From positions 103,273 to 167,272 of IMG/VR virus record IMGVR_UViG_3300032272_000001: a stretch of 64,000 bases of DNA. One strand, given 5' to 3'. Of this stretch, positions 33,838-43,152 are shown one piece after another (position 1 is the stretch's first letter; every line of letters starts with the position of its first letter). A program made the position numbers and the translations under genes. Under the pieces are notes generated by a model that ran no database searches, was not told the DNA's origin, and worked only from the letters and a program-made list of their open reading frames with translations. The stretch is from a virus (taxonomy: Duplodnaviria > Heunggongvirae > Uroviricota > Caudoviricetes).

Positions 33838-36800
33838 TCAAACCCAACATTGGCCTGATTGACCCCCACCACCACCATAACCAGAGGAACTTTCGCTCGG
33901 CATTTCTTGTTCTGGTCTATTAACACCAACACCACTAGAATTATTCACATTCTCATTAGATTTTTTATCTTGTTTTGGTTTACTTCCTGCTGATTTTTCT
34001 TCAAGAACTTTCTTTTCGATCTTATGTTCAACTTCCATAGAATCAGTTATTTGTTCCTTTTCAGTTCTAGGAGCTTTAATTTCTGGTTCTGGCACAATCA
34101 TTGGTTTTTCAACAATAGAACCTTCCATTCCAGAATCATCTACAGATTTCTTTATATTTTCTATTGGCTCAGAAGTTTTTTGTTTTGCTTGTACTGTTGG
34201 TCCAGATATGGTTGCGTCTGGCTGCACAACATATTCTGGTTTTTGTACAGGAGAAGCAACGCCTCTAATTCTTGAAAGCTCTTTTGCAGCTTCTGTTGTA
34301 TCAGGAATTTCATTTTGTTGCTGTATATTATTTAAAGCATCATTAAGATTAAATTTTCTGCTTTCTTTTCTTCCTTGTCTCCATGCATGAGCATAATCTC
34401 CAGTCATGCCACCGCCCCAAGTAGCAGAAGTACCAAAACCAACATGAAGACGACCATCACCCATATAGCCGCCATTTCTACCAGTACCAACACCAGTAGC
34501 TCCAGCTTTGGTAGATGCACGGATAAATGCAGCGATCTTGATTCTATCTTTTGAATTAGATGATTTTAATCTTCTTCTTCTACCATTTTCATTAACATAT
34601 AAATCAAGATCAGCAGCATTGCCTAAATCATGGCGGGTTGATCCTTTTCTTTTACCTCCAGATCCTCTTTTGGCTTGACCACCAGACCAAACATCAACTT
34701 CAACACCAGCTTCACCAGCTGCATATTCTAATACACTATTTAATTTATTTGATAATTTTCTTTTTCGAATACCAGCATGTTTCATTTGTTTTTGGCGAAC
34801 AGTACCAAGTTTAATTTCTTTGTTGGTATCACCAAAATTATTTTTTATGTTTGGTTTCATTTCATCAACAAATGCTGATTGTGTTAATTTTTGTTCGTTA
34901 GTTTCTTTTGGTTTATACGATTTCAATTCTTTTTGTGTTTTATTTACCCAATCTTGAGTGTTTCTTACAGTACCTATACCATGTTGTCTTGCACCAGACA
35001 TTTTATCCTTACGAGATAAAGTTTCGCCAGTAGAAGTCATGTGTGTTATTGTTTGTGATCGTCTAGCAGATGCTGCAACATGAGCAGATGAATTTTGTGT
35101 TGCTAATTTACTATAATTAGAACCACGCAAAACTTCATTATGTGCACTATCCAATCGAGCGAATAAATGAGGATCTTTTTTAAGTTTGGCAAGATAGTTT
35201 TTATAATTTTGATATCCACCAGTATTTGTTCGTAATGGTTCGTAATATGCAGCTGTAAGATTTTGTGTTATATGTTTATCTTTTTCTGTCATACCACGAT
35301 TATATGGAGTTTCCATTAATGCAGCAAGATCTTGTTTTGTTGCTCTTGGCCCAATTTCTGCTAATGTTAAAGCATAAAAATGTAATTTTTGATCGCGACT
35401 TAGTTTATTACCACCAAGTTGCATTCTTTGTTTGGTTAATGGATGTTTATCGTCTGGTATACTGCCAGGAGAACCGCTCATGTTCATGCCAATATTTGGT
35501 GCTTCGCCTGGACTAACACTATATTGTTGCGAGCCAGCATAATTAGAACCACTTGAAGCAAAATTAGAGCCAGAATAGCCAGAATAGCCAGAAGATCCAG
35601 CTTGGCCGCCAAATGGCATAGCACCACCAGCAGCTACAGCACTAGGTTTTCCTAGTATGCCACGATTGCCAGCAATATGTTCAAAACCTGATGGTAAAGC
35701 ACCAAATTTCATAAATTGAGCCATTTGTTGTTGTTCAGCAAATTGTTGTGGTGATTGATGCCATTTGTTAGTGGCACCGACATACATTTTACCACCTTTA
35801 CCGCCAAAATTATAAGCACCAGTGGATCTACCACCATGACCAGTCATAACATCACTACCTGTACGCATACCGCCTTGACGCTCTTCTTTACGGATTGTGC
35901 GACCAACATCAACTCGGGTTGATTGATCATCAATTTTTCCAGAACCAGAAAATTGTTTCATATAATCTTTTGTTTCTGGTTTTTTTATTGATTGTGTTTT
36001 TGACTGTACTTTGGTTATTTTTGTTCTTGCTTTGTTTCTATCAAGAATTTGTGTAGCAGCTTTTGGTATTTTATTAATAATATCATTTTTTTGAAAATTA
36101 TTCAAATTATATGAATTCAATTCAACCATGAAACTATTAATCAAATTTGTACGTTCTACTGGATCATGTGTTTTGAAATAAGAATTTTTAAGTTCAGATA
36201 CAGCAACCAACGCTTTTTCATGATCATCAAGATTTTTATCTTTTTTGATTTCTGCCAAAACTTTAGCATTATTGGAGACGGTTGATTTGCTTCCTAATTG
36301 TATTCTATTCCTTAATCTAGTGAGAGCATCATGCTTTTCTTTTTTTGTTTTTGCATTCTTTATATCAGCAGCATCATTTTTTATATCATTCTTATTGTCA
36401 TTAGACAACAAAAATGCTAGGACAGCATATGGTGCAGCAGCTTTTGGGAATGCATGAGTCAATAATGTTTTTAATATATTTTTAGCACCACCAGCGAGCC
36501 AAGCCCCAGCAAGACCAGCAAAAACACTAGCAGATAAAGAAGGAACTATAGATGGTGTGGATTTTTGTTTATTATCAAATTTTGGTTTATTAAATTCTTC
36601 TTCACCAGATTTTCTTTTAATTTCATTCCATAGTCGCTGATATTCTTTTTTATTTGTTCTGTTATAATCATGAATATTACTAACAAGAAGTTGCATACGA
36701 TTGCCATACCGCGACACTCTATCTTCTACATTACCAATAGCTCTACGTGTAGCAATAAATCTTTCATCAACACTCTTTTTATTATCTGTCATTATACGAT

Positions 36801-36981
36801 ATTGTGAATTGATATCACTATTAATCATAATATCAGTCGCCATATCACGCCGCAAATTATCAATATTCAATTGCGGTGGTTGTGCTGAATTGTTTTTATT
36901 TGTTGGTAAAGAAGAGTTTTTAGTGTCCTTAGCTATATTATTGCGAGGGACTTTACCAACCATAAATTTATTTATTTTCAT
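33838..36981 (-). CDS. Large (1047 aa) protein with a peptidase M15-like (LAS zinc D,D-/L-Ala-D-Glu peptidase) motif and Gly/Ser/Gln low-complexity regions. Candidate virion-associated cell-wall hydrolase, tail hub or tape-measure-like
   Basis: GSTRHDLGNAADLDLY matches S.H..G.A.D, and the downstream GDGRLHVGF supplies the second His. Poly-G/S tracts (SGYSGYSGSNFASSGSNYAGS; GYGGGGGQSGQ). It is adjacent to tail genes. Confidence 0.5.
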   Translation of the reverse strand: MKINKFMVGKVPRNNIAKDTKNSSLPTNKNNSAQPPQLNIDNLRRDMATDIMINSDINSQYRIMTDNKKSVDERFIATRRAIGNVEDRVSRYGNRMQLLVSNIHDYNRTNKKEYQRLWNEIKRKSGEEEFNKPKFDNKQKSTPSIVPSLSASVFAGLAGAWLAGGAKNILKTLLTHAFPKAAAPYAVLAFLLSNDNKNDIKNDAADIKNAKTKKEKHDALTRLRNRIQLGSKSTVSNNAKVLAEIKKDKNLDDHEKALVAVSELKNSYFKTHDPVERTNLINSFMVELNSYNLNNFQKNDIINKIPKAATQILDRNKARTKITKVQSKTQSIKKPETKDYMKQFSGSGKIDDQSTRVDVGRTIRKEERQGGMRTGSDVMTGHGGRSTGAYNFGGKGGKMYVGATNKWHQSPQQFAEQQQMAQFMKFGALPSGFEHIAGNRGILGKPSAVAAGGAMPFGGQAGSSGYSGYSGSNFASSGSNYAGSQQYSVSPGEAPNIGMNMSGSPGSIPDDKHPLTKQRMQLGGNKLSRDQKLHFYALTLAEIGPRATKQDLAALMETPYNRGMTEKDKHITQNLTAAYYEPLRTNTGGYQNYKNYLAKLKKDPHLFARLDSAHNEVLRGSNYSKLATQNSSAHVAASARRSQTITHMTSTGETLSRKDKMSGARQHGIGTVRNTQDWVNKTQKELKSYKPKETNEQKLTQSAFVDEMKPNIKNNFGDTNKEIKLGTVRQKQMKHAGIRKRKLSNKLNSVLEYAAGEAGVEVDVWSGGQAKRGSGGKRKGSTRHDLGNAADLDLYVNENGRRRRLKSSNSKDRIKIAAFIRASTKAGATGVGTGRNGGYMGDGRLHVGFGTSATWGGGMTGDYAHAWRQGRKESRKFNLNDALNNIQQQNEIPDTTEAAKELSRIRGVASPVQKPEYVVQPDATISGPTVQAKQKTSEPIENIKKSVDDSGMEGSIVEKPMIVPEPEIKAPRTEKEQITDSMEVEHKIEKKVLEEKSAGSKPKQDKKSNENVNNSSGVGVNRPEQEMPSESSSGYGGGGGQSGQCWV

Positions 36982-37190
36982 TAGTATCCCAATTCTCGCC
37001 TAGCTTTTTCTAAAGACGCTTCTTGATTTTCTGCATCAGATAATTTCTTTGCGTGTTCTTGTAGCATTAAAGAATACACATCTAATTCAAATGGTATCAT
37101 ATTTTCATATTCAGTAATTGTGCAAAAATTATTCAGATGACAGAAATTGAAAGCATTGCTATACCATGCCTCCAATGTATGTTCTGCCAT
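36981..37190 (-). CDS. hypothetical small protein
   Basis: 69 aa; ATGA overlap with its neighbours. Confidence 0.45.
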   Translation of the reverse strand: MAEHTLEAWYSNAFNFCHLNNFCTITEYENMIPFELDVYSLMLQEHAKKLSDAENQEASLEKARRELGY

Positions 37191-37903
37191 CAGATAAGAA
37201 AAAAATCATATAACGATGATAGTTCAATTTTATGTTCTTCTCCTTCAGAATCTTTATATGATCCAGAATGTTTAAATGATGGAGCAGAATTAAGATAATT
37301 TTCAATTTTTTCGTATACTGGAGCAGGAAGACTATTAATCCATTCGTTTAATTCGTTTTTGTCCATTGCAGATAGATCAATATTTCCAGATTCTTGCTTT
37401 AATGTCACAACAGAAAATAACATCATCAAACCCATATATTTGCCTTGATTAAATACTTCTTCTGACATTATATCATCATATTCTTTTGTCATATAAGCAT
37501 AAACAGGAACATCTCGAAGAACTAATGAAGTAGATTCATTAATAGAAATTTCATTAGATCTTTTTGTTGTTTTGGGAGCATCTATTTGATCAAGATCAAT
37601 GACGTATCTTCCACCATTATCATATTCCAAAGCAATTTTATTTGATACTGATTGTGACCGTAATTTAATAAGAATAGATGTTAAATCATACATTGTCATG
37701 TCATCAATATCTGTGCTGGTACGAACAACACAATTTGATATAATTTGATGTATTGCTTTAAGTATGTCACTTGCAGATTCTGATGTTTTCGCCATCAAAA
37801 GAATTTTTTGTTCTTTGATAGTCATTGGACGCATTTCTAATTGAGTTTTCTTTGATACGATATCTGCTTTAAATGTTGGCATATCAAATTTTGGTAAATT
37901 CAT
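37190..37903 (-). CDS. putative baseplate/tail structural protein
   Basis: 237 aa; placement inside the tail module. Confidence 0.4.
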   Translation of the reverse strand: MNLPKFDMPTFKADIVSKKTQLEMRPMTIKEQKILLMAKTSESASDILKAIHQIISNCVVRTSTDIDDMTMYDLTSILIKLRSQSVSNKIALEYDNGGRYVIDLDQIDAPKTTKRSNEISINESTSLVLRDVPVYAYMTKEYDDIMSEEVFNQGKYMGLMMLFSVVTLKQESGNIDLSAMDKNELNEWINSLPAPVYEKIENYLNSAPSFKHSGSYKDSEGEEHKIELSSLYDFFLI

Positions 37904-37914
37904 GTTTAAATTCC

Positions 37915-38559
37915 TTAGAGTAATCCAGCACCAGTAAGTGCTTGTTGTTGTGGTTGATTTGGTTGACTTTCAGATTTATTTATTTGCTCGCTCCAATCCA
38001 AATATTCAATGAATACTGTGAATTGAGATATTTGATTTTGATCAGCCCATGATAATTGAATTAAATTAACATTACTTGGAAATGCTTCTCTTAAAAAAAC
38101 TTCTTTAATCTGAAAACCGTCTTCTGACATAACCTTTATATTCATATCAACAGCATAATCTTTTTTGTATGCTATTTCGTATGGCTTACCAACACTAAAT
38201 TCTGAATTATTATCCATGTTAGCACCATCATGAGGTATAATGGTTTGCATCCAATCATTGAAATAATTCCATGTATCAAAATCACCATCAACATTGAATA
38301 CTAATTGTACTTGTTGGAAATTTGGACTAAATGGTCTTACTTCATTGGTTCCATAGGTATGTCTTCTGACATTACCAGTCATTATCTGATATCCAGGAAG
38401 AACAGCATCAGAACAATAAAATTTCAAATCTCTGGCTATTTCTCCACCTATCTTTGGTATGATGGTAGGAACAGGTATATTTATTTCAAATTTATTTGTT
38501 CTTGCATAACCATTTCTTTCGTTTATTTTACTAGTAAATTCTGATACATTGAATGACAT
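37915..38559 (-). CDS. Tail tube protein family (T4 gp19/gp54-like)
   Basis: SEFTSKINERNGYARTNKFEINIP / LKFYCSDAVLPG / IKEVFLREAFPSNVNLIQLSWADQNQISQFTVFIEYLDWSE parallel T4 gp19 FESGDFARPNLFQVEIS / FQCKATALPAG / IEIKGLWPTNVGELQLDWDSNNEIQTFEVTLALDYWE. Confidence 0.65.
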   Translation of the reverse strand: MSFNVSEFTSKINERNGYARTNKFEINIPVPTIIPKIGGEIARDLKFYCSDAVLPGYQIMTGNVRRHTYGTNEVRPFSPNFQQVQLVFNVDGDFDTWNYFNDWMQTIIPHDGANMDNNSEFSVGKPYEIAYKKDYAVDMNIKVMSEDGFQIKEVFLREAFPSNVNLIQLSWADQNQISQFTVFIEYLDWSEQINKSESQPNQPQQQALTGAGLL

Positions 38560-39287
38560 TAAGAATTCCTTGCACTTTCTGCATGTACAAATGCTTCGCT
38601 CTTTTTCTCAAATCTAGCAATATCAAGAAAAATAACATTTTCCCATTCAAAGCCAGGTATTTTAATAAGATTTGGTGACACTACATGATCTTTACGATAC
38701 ATTTTAATAGCTGGTTTGAACTGCCTATGCGAAGCAGCTCCTTTCAAAACTTCATATGTTATTCTGGAATATAGATTTGGATCATAATTTTGATGTGTTT
38801 CATCGAAACCATTACGCATCAATCTATCATTTATAGCATCCATTAAGAGTGCTCTTTGTCTGGGATATAGATAATGAAGATTGAGACCAAGAAAATGATC
38901 ATTGCTTGGCTTTCCTTTAATCATAGCATTATTGCTTATCAAAAAAATTAAAGGGTATCTATCCCAATATGGTAATTTATCACGCCATTTGGCTTTGTAT
39001 ATGAATAAATACAATCCACCAATATTGGTTTTTGAAATATTTGTTTTGCCAACTGTTTCTGCTTTACTAGCAACGTTTGTTATTGCAGCAGTTGAAGCGC
39101 CTCTACCTCGGGGAGCATTACTTTGTTCGTGGAATGCACGAAGGAATCTATTGCGCTCTACCCTATCACGATTACCAGTGGCCATGTCTACCCAAGCAGC
39201 CATAGCATCGCGGGCTTGATTTAGCCATCGTCCTGCTACAGAAGCACGACTTCTGAATATTTGAGTAAATGATTGTCGTCTAGCCAT
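38559..39287 (-). CDS. putative baseplate/tail structural protein (gp48-like by position)
   Basis: 242 aa; a minus-strand late-promoter TATAAATA lies upstream at 39323..39330. Confidence 0.4.
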   Translation of the reverse strand: MARRQSFTQIFRSRASVAGRWLNQARDAMAAWVDMATGNRDRVERNRFLRAFHEQSNAPRGRGASTAAITNVASKAETVGKTNISKTNIGGLYLFIYKAKWRDKLPYWDRYPLIFLISNNAMIKGKPSNDHFLGLNLHYLYPRQRALLMDAINDRLMRNGFDETHQNYDPNLYSRITYEVLKGAASHRQFKPAIKMYRKDHVVSPNLIKIPGFEWENVIFLDIARFEKKSEAFVHAESARNS

Positions 39288-39322
39288 GTATTGAAATAAC
39301 CCCTACATTTGTTTTTATGTAG

Positions 39323-39330
39323 TATTTATA
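39323..39330 (-). promoter_or_regulatory. T4-type late promoter (TATAAATA on the minus strand) upstream of 38559..39287
   Basis: Exact motif 36 nt upstream of the ATG. Confidence 0.5.
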
Positions 39331-39494
39331 GAGGTTGTATTTTAGATCTGTTGTCCGTCGCACATGGAAACGTGGAAACGGAGAACGGACAACAGATCAT
39401 TAGAGGAACAAGAAAGTGTTACATCGGTTATATGCGTTCTTTCTTGGGCTCTAACCAACACCAATAACCGTTGTGTTGGGATTTTCTAGCATAC

Positions 39495-39866
39495 TCAGCT
39501 AGAATTGGTATTTATATCATTCATAAAATCACACCAAACATTTCTGCATTGACGAAACAAATAATTTCCGCTTTCATTAAGAGAAATTGTTTTCAATCTA
39601 GAATCAGAAGAATTTTTGGTGATATTTAATATATTTTTTGTTTCTAGTCTACGAATATTGGTTGAAAGTGTTGAACGATCAATATCCAATTTTTTTGATA
39701 AATTTGAAATTGTTGTTGTTTTGTTTTCATGTATAACCATAATAATCGAAAATTGACCATTTGTCAATCCAAATGGGCGTAAAAGATCATCAAATTTTCG
39801 TGAAATTATTCTTGCCTTTTTTTGTTGTTCTAGACATTTACACATATCAGAGTCTTTTACCAACAT
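39495..39866 (-). CDS. MarR-family winged-helix transcriptional regulator
   Basis: LTNGQFSIIMVIHENKTTTISNLSKKLDIDRSTLSTNIRRLETKNIL shows the typical MarR wHTH pattern. Confidence 0.6.
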   Translation of the reverse strand: MLVKDSDMCKCLEQQKKARIISRKFDDLLRPFGLTNGQFSIIMVIHENKTTTISNLSKKLDIDRSTLSTNIRRLETKNILNITKNSSDSRLKTISLNESGNYLFRQCRNVWCDFMNDINTNSS

Positions 39867-40069
39867 TATTTCGTATCCTTCGGCATAATAGTATATTTTT
39901 TATTGTTTTTGATCACACCAGTAATAATAGAATCTGTTTCATTTTGATGAGCAGCAAGCATGGATAATGAAAAAGTTGTTGAATCATACCACAAGGCAAG
40001 CAAAGCAAAATTTAAATACACACGAAAATTGACCAATCGTTGTTTAAGTTCTGTCATTATAATCTCCAT
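39866..40069 (-). CDS. hypothetical small protein co-transcribed with the MarR gene
   Basis: 67 aa; ATGA overlap. Confidence 0.4.
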   Translation of the reverse strand: MEIIMTELKQRLVNFRVYLNFALLALWYDSTTFSLSMLAAHQNETDSIITGVIKNNKKYTIMPKDTK

Positions 40070-40157
40070 TTATGTTATAATCACATTACTATAGTAGATC
40101 ATTGGTGTCAACCGCATAATTAAAATAATTTTTTTTTCAAAAAGTTGATTTTTTTAG

Positions 40158-40188
40158 TTGACATCAAATTATAATTGATCTATAAATA
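40158..40188 (+). promoter_or_regulatory. Overlapping sigma70-like (TTGACA-N17-TATAAA) and late-type TATAAATA promoter for the secreted-protein gene
   Basis: ttgacatcaaattataattgatctataaata. Confidence 0.5.
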
Positions 40189-40245
40189 CGTATCACTTCA
40201 ATGATGAGGTGCTTTTTTAACCGAAAACAAGATAGGAAAACTAAA

Positions 40246-40500
40246 ATGAAAAATCTTATTATCGCTGCTGTTGTGTCTCTTGCTATGGCAACATCTGCTA
40301 TTGCTGCTGGTAACGATGGAGATGAATTTGTTGATGCTAAGTTCCCACCGGCATCTATCGGAACATCCTTTGATCCATCAACAGTAGCGCCTCCACAAGA
40401 ATCGAGCGATTGTGATGGTCTTTCTGGTGTGTCATGGAAAGAATGTTATCATTCACTTCCAATCGAATCCGCAGAAGATGTCAAAAGCGCATCCAATTAA
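40246..40500 (+). CDS. small secreted protein (signal peptide MKNLIIAAVVSLAMATSAIAAG)
   Basis: Start at the internal Met with RBS aggaaaa. The track ORF begins upstream at 40201. Confidence 0.55.
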   Translation: MKNLIIAAVVSLAMATSAIAAGNDGDEFVDAKFPPASIGTSFDPSTVAPPQESSDCDGLSGVSWKECYHSLPIESAEDVKSASN

Positions 40501-40530
40501 TCGTTGGAACAAATAACTTTATAGAACAGA

Positions 40531-40557
40531 AAAAAGGCGGTTTTACCCGCCTTTTTT
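40531..40557. terminator. Strong bidirectional rho-independent terminator (aaaaaggcgg-ttttac-ccgccttttt)
   Basis: GC stem flanked by A5 and T6 runs between convergent genes. Confidence 0.8.
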
Positions 40558-40560
40558 AAT

Positions 40561-41238
40561 TTATAGAACTTCTACAAAAGAATTATATGCAGAAACGATA
40601 TCTTCTTGTGCTGTAATCGGCCTCCCAACAACAATATAATCTACCCCTTGTTCTTTAGCAAATTCTGGTGTAAATACATTAGTTTTATCATGACAATTTA
40701 TATCATCACCTTCATGTCTAATTGCTGGAGATATACAAATCATATCTGGATATGTTGATTTGATGCTAGATACATAATTTGCAGGACAAACTACACCATC
40801 CAAATCATAAAAATCGCAAAGTGCTGGCAAATCAACAATATTTCTGTCTGGTAATTTATTGTTAGTTGTTATACCAACAATAATAATTTTTGTTTTTGGT
40901 GGTTTTGATTTTTGTTTTTCATATATCTCTTTTGCCTTTTTGGCTCCAGATAAAATATTTCTATCAAGGGCACAAATAGTCAACATATCAACATCATTAC
41001 GCATAACATTAAGAACTGTTTTTATGATGGTGTCTTCAATATCATACAATTTTAAATCAAGAAATATATTACAGTTATTTTTTTGTAATTCATTAACAAA
41101 TTTCATCCCAGAGCCAACAAACAGTTCTAGACCAATTTTATACCATATTGTTTGATCTAAATCTTCCAAAGATTCTATCGCATAATCATATGCAAGGGTA
41201 TCATTAGGATAATCCAAAGCAACTATAAGTTCTGTCAT
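40561..41238 (-). CDS. pyrF: Orotidine 5'-phosphate decarboxylase
   Basis: LIVALDYPN, KIGLELF, FLDLKLYDIEDT and C-terminal IVVGRPIT motifs match OMPdecase. There is a Lys-rich insertion KQKSKPPKTK. Confidence 0.75.
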   Translation of the reverse strand: MTELIVALDYPNDTLAYDYAIESLEDLDQTIWYKIGLELFVGSGMKFVNELQKNNCNIFLDLKLYDIEDTIIKTVLNVMRNDVDMLTICALDRNILSGAKKAKEIYEKQKSKPPKTKIIIVGITTNNKLPDRNIVDLPALCDFYDLDGVVCPANYVSSIKSTYPDMICISPAIRHEGDDINCHDKTNVFTPEFAKEQGVDYIVVGRPITAQEDIVSAYNSFVEVL

Positions 41239-41588
41239 TTAATGGTTCCCCATAATCTCCACATAGATTGAAGTAATAATTTAGTATCTCTATCTTTGAC
41301 ACAACGACAGCCACCATTTGTATGCATACCTTTTGCTGGACCTGTGATAAGACAAAAGCCATCAGAACAACCATCAAGGGTTTTAATGGTGCGTTCACAA
41401 TTTTCTTTGGCTGCTGTAAAATCAGACACTTCTTCAAGCCGAACACCAGGAGTGTTTATAAGATCACCATATGCAAATGTTTGTGTGTTATTTCCAATCA
41501 CATATTCACCTTTATGTGTTCTATAACAACGATGTGCTCTATCATCAAAATTTGGATGATTTTTAACCCTATAATAATTTTTCTTCAT
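41235..41588 (-). CDS. Cys-rich hypothetical protein (start at the internal Met with RBS aaggaaaaa)
   Basis: CERTIKTLDGCSDGFC...GGCRCV. The longer track ORF would overlap its upstream neighbour by 110 nt. Confidence 0.45.
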   Translation of the reverse strand: MKKNYYRVKNHPNFDDRAHRCYRTHKGEYVIGNNTQTFAYGDLINTPGVRLEEVSDFTAAKENCERTIKTLDGCSDGFCLITGPAKGMHTNGGCRCVKDRDTKLLLQSMWRLWGTIK

Positions 41589-41601
41589 AATATTTTTTTC
41601 C

Positions 41602-41859
41602 TTATTGGACAGTCGCATCTCGTTGGATACGTTCTGTCCTTTTACTTTGAAAATAAGAATCTGGTTGTGTTGGGCCATCAAGCCCAACAACTTCCCATGG
41701 ATCAGAATCACCTTTAAGATAAACGAATTTACCTATAGCAACCTTAACACCATTTGTTCCTTTTTCTGGAATCCAGATACATTGTTCACTATAACCAGAT
41801 CCGTCTTGAAGTTTTCGTTTTAATCTTGTCTGAATATAATTCAATTTATTTTTCTCCAT
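41602..41859 (-). CDS. hypothetical protein
   Basis: 85 aa. Confidence 0.45.
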   Translation of the reverse strand: MEKNKLNYIQTRLKRKLQDGSGYSEQCIWIPEKGTNGVKVAIGKFVYLKGDSDPWEVVGLDGPTQPDSYFQSKRTERIQRDATVQ

Positions 41860-42220
41860 ATAATGATGGTATGTTGATATATTCCATCAAAATTTCTTCT
41901 GGGTTATAGAATATATATTCTGGTTCGGTTGCAATTCCACCAAGATCAAGAAAATTTGCAATATTTAATATTTCCTTAATATCATAAAATTCTGTTTTTG
42001 GTGAAATAAGGCGGGTTTCAGATAAAAGTGCAATAATTTCATTACACCACATTACATGATTATAATATGGTGTAGTTTTTCTATAATCATCTAAATAATC
42101 CACCACTGTTTTTACTATAGAAACAGATGGATCAATAAACAGTAAACCTTCATCGTTTGTTTTTACATCTACATCATCGATGATGTAATTCAATTTTTTT
42201 AAAAAAATTTCATTATTCAT
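41846..42220 (-). CDS. hypothetical acidic protein
   Basis: 124 aa. Confidence 0.5.
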   Translation of the reverse strand: MNNEIFLKKLNYIIDDVDVKTNDEGLLFIDPSVSIVKTVVDYLDDYRKTTPYYNHVMWCNEIIALLSETRLISPKTEFYDIKEILNIANFLDLGGIATEPEYIFYNPEEILMEYINIPSLYGEK

Positions 42221-42225
42221 TGTTA

Positions 42226-43152
42226 TTACCTCGGACCATATAAGGAAGACACTTCACAATATGGCATATCATCATATTCATGAATAAGAGGTTGAGCAAA
42301 TTCTATAGTGTATTCAGCTTTTAGAGCACGGGCTTTAGCAGTAACTGAAACTTGTTCAATGCTGATTGCCATATCTGGTAATGGTTCTGGTTCTCCGATA
42401 GGTGGAACACGATACACATATTCTGGCTCTATTGTATCAACATCTATATTACTTTCAAGAACAGTTTTCATACGTTCAAGCGTAGTGATTAAATGATCTG
42501 TTTTCGCGCGATTTTCATCGAAAATCGCAAGGAATTCGTTACACCAACCATTAAGTCTTTTATTTGTCAAATTTTTATCAATAAATTGTTTTAGATAATT
42601 TTTAATGATTATAGAATTGCTAGAATCTTTAAATAATAGGTAATTATATGTGTTTAAAAATGACACAGCACTATCAATACTTTGCAAATAAACTTCTTCG
42701 CTTATCAATACTGCTTTATAATCGTTTTCAGACACATTTTTAATACATTGTTCCCAATTCATGGTGTTTTCTTTTTCTTTATAATACTTATATTCTGGAG
42801 AGATAAGTTTAAAAGTAGTTAATGCAATCATTTCTGCATATTCTACATACCTAAGAGCCTCTAAGAAGGTATCATCTTGTCGATTTATATCCAAATCATT
42901 AGAAAAATATGCAATCAATTCATTACACCATGCAATATTATGTTTTTTTGTATCTTGTGTTTCATCATCTAAGTGATTTAGATAATTCAGATAACATTTC
43001 AGATAAAACTTTATGTTTTTACCATCATGAGATCCGCTGCGCCAGTGACACATGCCGGTATTGTGTCTTTTTAGAGCTGTTTTAAAATACGCAAGAGATT
43101 CATAATATCCTTCTGCCATCACATATTCATTAGCGTCATATTCATCCATCAT
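42226..43152 (-). CDS. hypothetical protein
   Basis: 308 aa. Shares the CNE(I/F)IA(I/Y)(L/F)S motif with 41846..42220 (CNEIIALLS / CNELIAYFS / CNEFLAIFD), so the two may be distant paralogs. Confidence 0.5.
   Translation of the reverse strand: MMDEYDANEYVMAEGYYESLAYFKTALKRHNTGMCHWRSGSHDGKNIKFYLKCYLNYLNHLDDETQDTKKHNIAWCNELIAYFSNDLDINRQDDTFLEALRYVEYAEMIALTTFKLISPEYKYYKEKENTMNWEQCIKNVSENDYKAVLISEEVYLQSIDSAVSFLNTYNYLLFKDSSNSIIIKNYLKQFIDKNLTNKRLNGWCNEFLAIFDENRAKTDHLITTLERMKTVLESNIDVDTIEPEYVYRVPPIGEPEPLPDMAISIEQVSVTAKARALKAEYTIEFAQPLIHEYDDMPYCEVSSLYGPR

Noticed and set aside
34024-36457. Plus-strand ORFs inside the 1047-aa minus-strand gene (34024..34275, 34208..34390, 35265..35516, 36245..36457)
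   Set aside because: Antisense to a long, well-supported ORF.
38559-39287. Calling 38559..39287 the tail sheath (gp18) because it neighbours the tail-tube-like gene
   Set aside because: It is only 242 aa and has no sheath-like features. Its position next to a gp19/gp54-family gene fits a baseplate tube-initiator paralog (gp48/gp54-like) better, but I could not confirm this from the sequence.
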